Source of the DNA: Eledone cirrhosa | Taxonomy: Eukaryota | Direction of reading: 5' to 3' | NCBI GenBank assembly: GCA_964016885.1 | Contig: OZ024743.1 | Coordinates: 368,714,001-368,778,000 of the forward strand | DNA: 64,000 bases | Shown: piece after piece, positions 24,545 through 36,385 of the stretch | Layout of the letters: each line of letters starts with the position of its first letter | How positions within the stretch are numbered: position 1 is the first letter of the stretch | Made by a program: the position numbers and the translations under genes | Notes under the pieces: generated by a model | What the model saw: only the letters and a program-made list of their open reading frames with translations | Databases searched by the model: none | Told to the model about the DNA's origin: nothing

Positions 24545-25153
24545 GGTGGCTGCCAACTCGTTTTCGAGTATGGCCACTACTTTATATCCATGTAGGAGAA
24601 CCCCTACCGATGCGCTGAACGAGTGTGACTTTTTAGTCCAGCCAGCGACTTGAAAACTCTGGTACAAACACTACACTTGTGACAATTATTGACACATAGT
24701 GCTGGGCCCATGGTACCATGTGACGACAAGTGCAGAGAGATCTCCAGATATAAAGCAATGCCTGTGCCGTGAAGCTTTTATAGTGAGCAAAGGCACTGCA
24801 CAAAGCCAGTCCCACTCTCTTAACCAAGATGATATTTACCAAAAAGAAGAACAAGTCAACATCATTGGATACCATCAGAGTTGCAGGTGTTATATCAGAG
24901 TTTTCCTTCTCCTAGAATTCTGCCTTGACAAAGGCTAAGGGGTCATCTCTCCCGGTGATTTTGGATGGCCATTGACTCTTAAGAGCTCCTTTGCCCTTCG
25001 ACAGGTTTTGTTTTTAGTCTTGCAGGATGTCCAAAGTCACCCTCCTCACCAAGAAACCTTGGTGGGGGTTGCCAGTTTAGTCGCCAACGACCCGACCATG
25101 AGACAGGTTGTCCTGGAATACATGTTATCAGTAGCACCAACTGGTGACCTGAC
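24545..25153 (-). mobile_element. Probable 5' UTR region of an RTE-clade LINE
   Basis: GC-richer block between (TA)n tracts with GGAGAAGGAAAACTCTGA and CTGGCAACCCC motifs that I associate with RTE 5' regions; no ORF. Confidence 0.45.
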
Positions 25154-25329
25154 ATATTATATATATATATACATACATATATATACACATATATACATAT
25201 ATAGTATATGAGTTTATGAGTATATATACAATATACTCATAAAAATACATAAATATACACGAATATGTAAATACACACATATATGCATACAAATAAACAC
25301 ACTCAAACACGAAATACACATATACACAT

Positions 25330-26985
25330 AACCATTTTTAGTGCTGAATTCAACCCAAATCCCAACCTGGTCAGGCAGTATGTCCAGCCCTTATAACTAA
25401 CCAACTGATACTTCCACAATTTCTCAGCTGCAGATATGCCGGCTTTAAGTCAACAATCATGGAGGTCCCCGTCATTTGATTCCACTCTTGCTAGGTTTCC
25501 CTACAGATATCTGTAACACCACCATCTTTGTAGCATGAACCGTATTCATTCAGTTCATGAAAGTTCAACACTAGCCTGACCTTGTTCTTCATTAGCTGCA
25601 CTACTTTCATTAGTGCCCCCCCCCCCCCCCCCCCATCTTTATCGCCTCCTTCCAAGGGATTAATATGCCTCCTTTGATCCATCTTTGCACCTCTCCCTCA
25701 AACTTGCTCCTAGCATTCTCTTTCAGTGTATGCTGATAGTAGCTCACTCTGTTTCTCAACATCAGAGGCTCTCCTTTTCAGTACCATTCAACTATCCACT
25801 ACTGACCGTTAATGGTATGAACAGCACATTTTTCTTCATGGCTCTTCCTGTTCTCCTGTTGCACACTCTTGACACATGATCTTCCCACACTACCAAACGT
25901 TACCCTGTCCTCATTTACTGTAACGCTTCCTAAGCAGCCAATCACACCCATACCCATTACCACATCAATTCCATCCACCTCGTGGTCGATCACGATCACC
26001 TTCAGCCTTATTTTTATTCCTCATACTGCCATCTCCACCTCACTGATACCTCTGAATCTAACCTCTTTGCCATTGACTGCCTTTACACTACTCATCCTCC
26101 TTCACTTTTTAACCACCTTCAGGATCACTAAGGTCATTGTGCACAAGGCCTTTTGACAGCTTCCCCCAACCAGAACCTCCACTATGGGCAGTGATTGCAA
26201 CATTGCTTCTACTCACTTCCAGGGATAGCTACCTCCACAGTAACTCCCCTTTGACTATTTCCCTGGTCACAATTGTTGGTGATTTGTCCTGCCCACTTAC
26301 ATCAGTACAATTATTTCTGGCTTTGGCTTCTTGGAATCCTTTGCCATATGCAGACCCTGACACCCAAATCACTGGCCTTTGAATGCCCATGGCCAAATGT
26401 TCATGGGGGCTCATCTGCTCTAGTTGTTCATCGGTTGTTGTCAACTGTTATAGGCTTCAGTCGCTGCTAATGCTACATTCTACTCAATGCCTCATGTCAC
26501 CATGTTGGCCTGTGTGATCAGTTCGCTGATAGACATTTTGTAGCCAACCTCCAAATTTCCAGATGCTCTCCCATCCACCTCACATTTTCAGTGAAAGACT
26601 ATTTCTCCACATCAGTTGGTCTGGTTGGTCCATTTTGAGGTATAATGCCAGTGCATTACCATCAAGATACAGCACCATGAGGCCTGCTAAAGGCTTTAAT
26701 TGCATTGCTACTGACTCTAATCTTTGTTGCCATATCTTCTGCAAGTCGGGGAAAGTAAATAATAATTAAATAAATACTGCCGAAATAGCTGGTCATAAAA
26801 AGCGAAGAGACCTACCTTTGCATCTCCACTCAAGTCCGGACAGAATCCCCCTGTGTGCTGCTCAGAGAACATAGCAAAACTCATACATTCCATCGCACCA
26901 GTCATTACAGAACGTTCACACTGTGCCATGGTACATAAACCAAGAGAGAGAGAGCCAGCCTGCACTTCTGATGTGACGTCACTGG
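25330..26985 (-). mobile_element. Ty3/Gypsy LTR-retrotransposon internal remnant (gag, protease, start of RT)
   Basis: Minus strand: PBS-like ACATCAGAAGTG near 26970; VVMGMGVIGCLGSVTV (protease region); KNKVRLVLNFHELN and VDLKPAYLQL (RT); frameshifted LTRLGFGLNSA. Confidence 0.75.
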
Positions 26986-27689
26986 CCCCTCACTTCTGGC
27001 AAGACCTCCCCTGCACTTCCATCTCCCTACCCCCACACATGCATACATACATACTTACATACATATACATACATACATGCATGCATACATACACACACAC
27101 ATAAATATTAAACAGTGAAAACTGCTCTACAATATACAAATAGCTTATTAAAGTATTAAGGAAAATATAAAATAACTGATAAATTCACACAAGAAAAACA
27201 TTTATTACTACAAATTTTTAAATGTATATTTGTATGTGTTTCTGTGTTATCATCAAAATACAAGAATTAATAAAATAAACTCCAAGTTGAACATATTAAT
27301 TTCAAATCTAATAAATATATAATTATTCTCTTACGATAAGTTACTTTTGTGTGAAAAGTCAGGTTAGTAAGAACAAAACAAAACAGGTTTTGTCTTGAGT
27401 TAGTTTTGACTAAAATTTATCCTTTCTTTCATCCATATCTTCACACCACATCAAGTTCCAAACATGAATATTTTAATACTTATCTTGGAATTTTGGGAAT
27501 AATTTCTTTTATTATTTTATTTTAGAAATTATCTAGAATTATATAAAAATATGTACTACAAATCAAACCATCCAGATTGTTCTTATTCCCAATGGTTAAT
27601 ATGTCAGCACTTTTATTAAAAAGAAAGTTTGAATGTTAGAAAACAGAAACTTGGTGGGAATAAGAACACCAAGTGGTGAAAACTCTTGA

Positions 27690-28083
27690 ATGGGCAGTAA
27701 TAAAGACAGGGGATGCAAAGGCCAGATAGCATGACAATCTTTCCATTCCACGGGTGTAAACCATTCATCTGGGATGCCACATGTTGCAACACCTTCTCCA
27801 GCAGCAATCTAGCTTCGCTGCCCGCCAGGCCAAAGAGCACAAACTGTCAAAGTATCAGCCTCTCTCTAATAGGTTTGTGGTCAAGTTTGTGACAGTGGAG
27901 ACTTCCAGCATTCTTGGCCCCTTGACAACATCCTTATTCACTACTATCAAGGCAGAGTTGGCTACCTGCAAGTGCAAGCTCCATGAGGTGGAGTGGCTAT
28001 TCCAGCATGTCTCCCTCGCCATCCTCTGGGGCAATGTCTTCTCCATCCTGTCCACCAGAACCATGAGGTGGACTGATCCTTAA
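27690..28083 (+). mobile_element. CRE-like RLE C-terminal fragment
   Basis: RPDSMTIFPF..WDATC, KLSKY, VTVETSSILGP, WLFQHVSLAILWGN. Confidence 0.75.
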
Positions 28084-28399
28084 ACAGTGAGTAGTAAATA
28101 CAGATCTCTCTCACACACAGAATAAAATTAAAATATTATTAACAAAGAAGATAGATGTTGTATACACACATATACAAACATAAAGACAGTGATAATATAT
28201 ACAATTAAAATGAATAGTATGCAGTCTGCATGAAAGGCTATGGAACACTAAAAGCTATACTTCTAATGAAGTTCTTGTGTTGGTGATAAGTGAAAACTTT
28301 TAGACAACAAAGTTACATGGAAGCAACAATCATTGAGAACAATCTTAATCAAAATGCAATGAATTGTAATAGGTTTCATGGTGGAGTAGCCAAAGCTAA

Positions 28400-28763
28400 T
28401 ACTAGTAAAGACCAAAGGGTGTCTGGAGTAACATTACTCGATAGAGTGCATAGCTTGGAGATCAGAGTTGCTCCAGGTAGAGTTGCTACTTCTCTGAATT
28501 ACGAGATCACAGTTCTGATATTATGGACATGTGGTTAGAATGCCTCAGGAAAGAATCACTGGACAGATTTTACAGGCAAAACAAACTGACAGGAGACCGG
28601 CAAGATGGTTGCATAACATCCATGAACTTAGCTGATCTCACTTGGGGATTCAGCGAGATTAATTGGTGATCATTGCTTCTGACAGGACCTGCTGGAAGGA
28701 TTACTTGAGGACTCTTCCCCTACGATCCTCCCAAGAATAAATGGGAAAAGAAGAAGAAGAAGA
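28400..28763 (+). mobile_element. RTE-like 3' end fragment with (GAA)n tail
   Basis: GVTLLDRVHS and GHVVRMPQER motifs; homologous to 14328-14557. Confidence 0.65.
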
Positions 28764-30576
28764 CATTAAATGAAGCCAGCAGTAATAAATAAAAATACAG
28801 CCTGAAAGATGATTGTATGTAAGGACCTGTAACTTCTGATGGAGTTGTAAGGGTGCCATAGTAACATTCAGCATGACTTGGGCATTTAAAACCTGGTGGA
28901 TTCGAATCCCTCCCCAGCTCTGTGCACAGCCGATTTCTTCCAGAGAGTGGGGGAGAGGGGGAGAGGGAGAGAAAGGGAGATAGAGATATAGAGGAAGAAT
29001 GGATTCCAGTACTGATCTGATACTTTTTTATTGACCTCGAAAAAATGAAAAGCAAACATGACCTTAATGGGACATGGTTAAGAATCTCCAGTGATGAAAC
29101 AGGGATTCCTTTAAAACAAAAACAAACAAACAAACAATTAAAAAAATATCAGCATTAGAAGTATAGTTTTATATGTAGAAACCTGAGTAGTGGGAGTAAA
29201 CTGTTGCCACTCCTACAGACATGTGAATAAAGAGTTGTATAGAATATGTAGGATATGCAATGGGATTTGATATATGATTTGATATAGAAAAAGTATCCAA
29301 CTTGAAGATAGGAAAATATATATATACATATAGTTGGTGGGTTTCAATTACTAATCCCTTTTGAAGTAATCTCTTGTACTTCCACATACTTAACCCATTG
29401 ATCATTCGACTGTTCATTGATCATTCGACTGTTCGAATGCTTCTTCCAGAATGGCTCTCAGCTCCACCATTGCAGTCAGCATGGGGTCCTCTCAGCTCTC
29501 AAATGATCTTTGTTCGTAATATCGAACAAAATGAAAATGCAGTGAATCAGCCGTATACCACCACAGAAGCATACAGCCTAGGTTAATGTTATTAGTTTCC
29601 ACAGGAAAACAATGAAGTTGGATACTTTTTCGATAAACCTCATAGTTGGCATTTTAAAAATAGGAACCATTAATTTAAGTATTAACTTCATCTCATATTT
29701 TATATCTACACAGACTATTAATCACTGTGTGACTTAGTGCGACAAAAAAATAAACACATATTCCCTTAGTAAACTCCTAATGTCCTGCACCGCATGACAC
29801 CACATCAGCAAACCATTCTTGGAAACTACCAAAATAGCACTATGACTATATATATTTCAGTAAAATTAAAGTCTTTACTGTAATACTGGAATTTTCAAAA
29901 TGATTTGTCCACAACTAAAGATACTATAAACATTTAGATTAATAACATCTTACTATCTTGGAAAATATGTTATACATTGGATAATGGTGTTTTAGATGTA
30001 ATTGTCTCACATGAAGCACAGAGATTTCACTACTGGAATAAATCAATTTGATCAACAACAGCAACAGCAGCAATAATGATAATTTCCAATTTCGGCATTA
30101 GGGGGTGGAAAGGTCAATTATATTGACCCCAGTACTTCAGTACTTAACTAGTACTTTATTTTATCAACCTCAGAAAGATGAAAAGCAAAGTTGACTTCAG
30201 CTGTATTTCAACTCAGAATACAAAGAACTGTAACTAAATACTGCAGAGCATTTTGTCTGATGCTCTACCAATCCTGCCAATCTGCAATAATAATAATAAT
30301 AATAATAACAACAACAACAACAATAACAACAATAGAAACACAAAAACAATAGCAACTCAACAAAAACAAAAAACGATAAAAACAAATTTATGTGGGAAAA
30401 AGGTATATTTTTTCTTTCATGGAAACAAGCTTTCTTTTATTTATGAAAATGGTAGTAGTCAGCAGACAAACAAAAATAACAATAGATGAATTGATTATTG
30501 ATGTCTGTAGTAACATTTAGAGAAAAAGATTAATATAATGATTTAGGAATCATTCAAGGTTTTTGCTGGGTTTATA

Positions 30577-30607
<31 letters not shown>

Positions 30608-30950
30608 GGAGGCACATGGCTTAGTGGTTAGAGCATTGGCCTTGCAATCGAAAGGTTGTGAGTTCAATTCTCAGACCGGGTGATGTGTTGTTTCCTTGAG
30701 CAAGACACTATATTTCACATTGCTCCAGTTTACTCAGCTGTAAAAATGAGATGATAGGGACTGGGGTCCATATCATTCCACTGTAAAGTGGTCGTGGAGG
30801 TGCCACGGCAAAAAAGCACCCACCACTCACTGTAAATGAGGTTGGTGTTAGGAAGGGCATCCAGCTGTAGAAATCAAGCCAGAATCAGTTCCCGTCTCAC
30901 CCTTGCAAGCAGGGAAAAGCGGGCGTAAAATGAAATGATGATGATGATGA
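30608..30950 (+). mobile_element. tRNA-derived SINE (family B), well-preserved copy
   Basis: A and B boxes, conserved core and (TGA)n tail shared with RTE 3' ends; inserted in (TA)n. Confidence 0.9.
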
Positions 30951-31223
30951 TATATATATGGAAAAGAATGAAACAAAATTTCATTTCTCACTCTTAGTAT
31001 GGCTGATACTAAATGTAAGTATGTATACGTACATACATATATGCATACAGACGTACAGTAGTATGTATATATATATACATACATGCACATATATATATAT
31101 GTACGTATGGGTTTACCGAACATTTATTATAATGCTCGGTGTGTTTGTAAACAAACATCCCTTATTAAGCCATACAGTGTTTGGCAACCATCGTCGCCTT
31201 TTTGTTCAACACTGACAAAGGAA

Positions 31224-31264
31224 CGATGAACTAGTTTCAAGCTTATTAGCTATCGTCAGCATCG
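31224..31264 (-). ncRNA. Minimal hammerhead ribozyme motif with palindromic helix III
   Basis: CGAUG-CUGACGA-UAGCU-AAUA-AGCUU-GAAA-CUAG-UU-CAUCG. Confidence 0.7.
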
Positions 31265-31440
31265 TATACCTTCCTGTATATATATATATATATATTGTTT
31301 CATCTTTAATACTAGTCCAACAAGGAAAGGTAGGCGGGTAGAGTGAATGTTGGTCTAGTTATTAATGTAGTAAGTAATGTCTTTCTTGTAACTTTACAAT
31401 ATGTCGTATGGCATAATGCTTCACTAGTTTCAGGCATGAT

Positions 31441-31476
<36 letters not shown>

Positions 31477-31545
31477 TTATTTCAAAACTGTCAGACTTTA
31501 AAATATCTAAATGGATGAATAAATAAATAAATATATATATAGTCT

Positions 31546-31587
31546 AACAAAGTTCTTTCGTTGCACACCTACAACATCATCAGTGGT
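31546..31587 (-). ncRNA. Minimal hammerhead ribozyme motif related to 22018-22060
   Basis: ACCA-CUGAUGA-U-GUUGUA-GGUG-UGCAAC-GAAA-GAAC-UU-UGUU; shares upstream CAAAATGGCGTAG with the 22-kb copy. Confidence 0.65.
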
Positions 31588-31655
31588 ACTATTATGTTCC
31601 TCCTGTTGTATTGTATGTCTACGCCATTTTGTTAGACTATATATAATAAATAAAT

Positions 31656-32552
31656 AAGGGTAAACTTAGCCAAAACTAAAGTAGTAGTGAATTGGAAAGA
31701 AGATAAGACCCTGATCTCTTCATGGAAGTGGCCTTGCTCAATACATAGAAAAGAAGTAGGCATAAACTCCATAAGGTGTACACAATATAAATTTTAGGTA
31801 CACAATAGATGTAGTGGGATAATGGGTAGATTAATAGGAAAGGAAGGCTTTGTATGTAGAAGATGCACAGGAGTAATCGAGGGAAAGAGTGTCAGTGATA
31901 TAAACCTCTTCAAATCACATGAAGAATCCATAGAAATGGTTGATATCTTCTGCTATCTAGGTGACTTAATTAGCAGTGGAGGAGGGTGCTCAGAGATCAT
32001 AATAGCTAGAATAAGGATAGGATGGAAGAAGTTTGGAGAACTACTCACACTGTTGACAGCAAAAGATGTCTTGCTATGTACAAAAAGATTAACTGTATGA
32101 AGCCTGTGTGTGAAATACAATGCTGCATGGTAGTGAAACATGGGCAGTAACTACAGAAGATATGGGTAGGCTGGAGAGAAATGAAGCCACCATGCTTTGT
32201 TGGATGTGCAATGTAAACATGAGAGTGCAGCAGAGCCTGGTTGAACTGAGGGAGAAGCTGGGTTTAAGAGAAATCCAAGGTGGTGCGCAGGAGAGAAGAC
32301 TGCATTGATACGGACATGTGATGCATATGGATGGTGACCGATGGGTGTAGATGTTCCATAAAATGCCAGTAGAAGGAAGTTGCAATAGAGGTAGACCAAG
32401 AAATACCTGGGCAGAGGTGGCAAGAGCTGATCTTAAATCACTAAGACTCACAGAGAAGTTGACAAAGAAATGTGGCAAGTGGAGAGATGCTGTGCTGAGA
32501 AGGACCCATCCAACCCATACAAGTGTAGAAAAACAGATGCAAAAATGATGAT
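31656..32552 (+). mobile_element. RTE-clade LINE 3' fragment
   Basis: FCYLGDLISSGGGC, MLHGSETW, RGRPRNTW and (TGA)n tail. Confidence 0.88.
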
Positions 32553-33068
32553 AAATAATTAAATAATACATACATGAATAAATAAATTTAAAAATTGAGC
32601 TTTCAGAACAATGGATAATGATTCTTTCTGAATAAATACACATCCTGAAATTTGGAATGGAATTTGGTGCATAGTTGGTTATATCTTCAATATCTCTTAG
32701 ACAACCTATTGGGTTCGGCTGTTTGATTAATGGAACAGCCTGCTTGTGAATTTAATGTGCAAGTGGCCGAGCATTCTACATATATGTGTATCCTTAATGC
32801 AATTCTCAGGGAGATTCTGCATGACACAGCATTTGACTAGGCTGGCCTTTTATTTAAACTGCAGATACAACACATTTTTGCCAGCTGAGTGGACTGGAGC
32901 AATGTGAAATAAAGGGACTTGCTCAAGAACACATTGTGATGCCAGGTATTGCACTCACAACCTTATGATTGGGATTCAAACTCCCTAATTACTAGGTCAT
33001 ACCTCTTTACCATCTCTAGTAAGATGGTGGAATATCAGAGTCATTAGAATATCAGATAAAATGCCTTC

Positions 33069-33412
33069 TAATAATTGATGAGAACTTTAGAAAGCCAGTA
33101 CAAAGCGGTAGAAATAAAAGGCATTGATAAATAAAACAAAACAAAATGTTTTTTACCCAGTATATTTCATCATGATATTTCAGGGTTAAGACCCTCTTTT
33201 TAAATGCAAAACAAAAATGATGCCTTCTTCCTTAACTAGAAGGAAGAACACATCGTTTTTGATTTGTCTTTGAAAAGTAGGTCCTAACCCTGAAATATCA
33301 TGATGAAATATATTGGGTGAAAAACATTTTGTTTTGTTTTATTTATCATTCTTTGCCCTTTATATATTTCTACCATATTGTACTGGCTTTCTGAAGTTCT
33401 CATCAATTATTA
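33069..33412. repeat. Imperfect foldback palindrome (~165-bp arms, short loop near 33236)
   Basis: TAATAATTGATGAGAACTT...TTCTTCCTT versus AAGGAAGAA...AAGTTCTCATCAATTATTA. Confidence 0.85.
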
Positions 33413-33964
33413 CATATTTCACAATGCTTCATATTAACTATATTGTTTTGTATTATTTAGTCTTAGTGTGGTTGATTGGCAGAATTGGTAGATTGGCAGA
33501 ATTGGTAGACAAAATGCTTTTATGGCATTTGTTCCTGGTCTTTCTGTTCAAGCCCACCAAGGTCAACTTTGCCTTTCATCATTTCAAGGTCAATAAAATA
33601 CAGTACCAGTCAAATACTGGGGTCAATATAATTGACTTTCCCCTCTCCCTAAATTGCTGGCTTTGTTCCTAAATTAGAAACAATTGTTATTTCAGCTGTT
33701 TGCAAACTGAATTTAAATCTTGATAAGGTTAACTTTGCCTATCACCCTTTTAGTTCAATTCTTCTTCCCTCTCCATCTTTCCTCCCCAGAAGAAATTAGC
33801 TGCGTTCAGACCCAGAGATGGATGGATTCTGCCAGGTCTAAAATACACATGAAACTATAGTGCTTCTGTGACTCCATCAGGAGTTCAGAGCCCATGGAAG
33901 TCTTCAACACTACATTGTTTTATATTCACCCGAGTTGATGAAAGATAGGAAGAAAATCACCTCA

Positions 33965-34195
33965 CCCCATCAGCAAATGTAAGAAGAGTATCCCTCCCAG
34001 CAAAGGTAGGAAGCTGCTCCCATCCAGGCAAAAGTAGCAGGAAGCCCTCCAACAAACATAGAAAACACCCTCCCCCAGTAAAGATCAGAAGTTGACAGCC
34101 CCAGCAAAGGTAGGAAGATGACTCTCCCCCAACAAAGGTAGGAGGATGCCCACTCCCCAGCAAATGTAAGAAGACGACCCCATCCCAACAAAATT
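33965..34195. repeat. Degenerate ~26-30-bp minisatellite, about 8 units, core CCCAGCAAAGGTAGGAAG
   Basis: Direct reading. Confidence 0.8.
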
Positions 34196-34750
34196 TGAAC
34201 TCGGTATGATTCTGCCAATATACCACTCTTAATAATAATTAAAAAGAAAAGAAAATATATTTCAGCTTTTTGAAATTAAACATTTTTTATTCCTTTAATT
34301 TTTTCTTATTTCTTTTTGTTTTAAATTGCTTAGACTTATTAATTAAACCAGAAATCACCATCTAAGGAATGATTTGTACATGTTTAACTTTATAGAAAAT
34401 AGAGAAGGCTATTTTATATTGGAGTGGGTTTATTAGCAGGCAGAAGAAAGAATATTATAATCCTCATTGGTGGCAGCAATATCTGCTTTCCACATTGGCA
34501 TGGGTTGGGTGAGTTAGACATGTTGTCACAGCTTTGCAAACAGACAGGCTGGAGTGACCTCATCTCATTCATACATTCCATATTTGGCATTGTTTCTATG
34601 GCTGGATATCATTCCTAATGGAAACCACTTTACTGGGTGGACTGAATGTTTTTTGTGGCAATAGCATTATCACTTTGCAGAGTGAACTGAGTGCATTTTA
34701 TCATGGCACCAGTACTACAACTTTACAAGGTAGATTGGTGCATTTTATCA

Positions 34751-34791
<41 letters not shown>

Positions 34792-36025
34792 ACAAAAAGA
34801 ACTTATCATCATCATCATCATCATTTCTTTCGTCTGCTTTCCATGCTGTTTATACATTCCATATTTGGCATGGTTTCTATGGTTGGGTCCCTTCCTAACG
34901 CCAACCACTTTACAATTTGCACTTTGCACTGAGTGCATTTTTCCATGGGATCAGCATTACTACTTTACAGGGAGTACTGAATTCATTTTTCAATGGCACC
35001 AACACTACTCCATTACATAGTGGACAGAGTGCATTTGTCATGGCACCAGCACTATAACTTTACAGGGTGTACTGGGTGTTTTTTTAATCATAGCACCAGC
35101 ACTAGAAAGATTATCACATGATCATCTAGACTGAAGAGTTCTTTCATACCTTATATTATCTCTGTTCAATCACCAAATATTGTAACCTCCAGTCTCACAA
35201 TATTTATTTTTGTTGTCTCGGTAATTGTACTTGTGGATAGATCATATCCTTTATAGGATTTTTAACTCATAACAATAAGACTGATGAAACTATTCAGTGT
35301 AATGCTTTTACTTTTGTTACAAATACAAATCTCAGCCTGAAACATCTGAACATATATCCATAATTCTACTGGGGGTTAAGTTTGGAATGGTACTAATATC
35401 ATTGCTAGATTAAATCCAAAAGTCCAACTAATGCCCAAAGCACAGCTCAACAATAATGCTTTCTGTGGCCAAAAGCGACTTTGGTTCTACGAAACAGAAC
35501 CACCCATTTTAAGGGGTTCCATACAAAACCAAGTTTTTATTTTACTGGTGAAATAATTAACAATTTTGATAAATCTTCCAAAACTGTCAATTAGATATTG
35601 AAATAGGGTGTATTCTATTCAAAATATGGCTATGAAAGAATTAAGACATGAGTACTGAAAGTGAAAAAAATAGATTAAAAATTCATTCTTTTCCCCAAGA
35701 TATCCTCCAGTCCAGGATGTCACAATATATATATTTAACACTGAACAGCAGTAGTAATCAATTATCATCATCATCATCCAGTTCCCTTCTCAGCAAGCAT
35801 TGGATGGGTTGTCACAGACCAAATCAATACTCAAGCAGAGCTACTGACTTTTCAGATGAGCTGGAGGGAGGGGGGGGGGGAGCCGGGGCACATCTCACAT
35901 AATATATTCTCACACTCTATAAAGTGCATCAGGTACATTTTATCATAGCATCCACACTGGGGAGCTTGCAATGCCTTTGACACAACTGAAGAGTCCTCTC
36001 TATCTTTTGTTTGACAAGTTTTCTA

Positions 36026-36385
36026 TAACCCTAATCCTAACCCTAAACCTAATCCTAAACCTAACTCTAAACTTAACCCTATCCCAAACCCCATCTCTAA
36101 ATCTTTCCCTAATGCTAACACTAACACTAACCCTAACCCTAACCTCAACACTAAACCTAACTCTAACCCAAACCTTATCCCTAACCCTATCCCTAATCCT
36201 AACCATATCCCTAAGCCCAACCATAACCATAACCCTAACACTAATCCTGAACTTAACCTTAACCCTAACCCTACCCCTACCCTAACCCTAAACCTAATCC
36301 TATCCCTAACCCTAACTTTAATCCTAACCCCATCCCTAACGCTAACCCTAACCCTAACTCCAACCCAAATGCTAACCCTAACTCT
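36026..36385. repeat. Degenerate interstitial (TAACCC)n telomere-like tract
   Basis: About 60 hexamer units of CTAACC variants. Confidence 0.9.

Noticed and set aside
30608-30680. tRNA gene (and similar heads at 24100, 37565, 52203, 59960, 61517)
   Set aside because: A and B boxes run straight into SINE bodies repeated across the window; no complete cloverleaf
33965-34195. CRISPR array
   Set aside because: Repeats are degenerate, spacers are only ~10 bp and similar to each other, the context is eukaryotic and no cas genes are present
35971-36285. Leu/Thr- or Gly/Leu-repeat ORFs
   Set aside because: Artefacts of the (TAACCC)n-like tract
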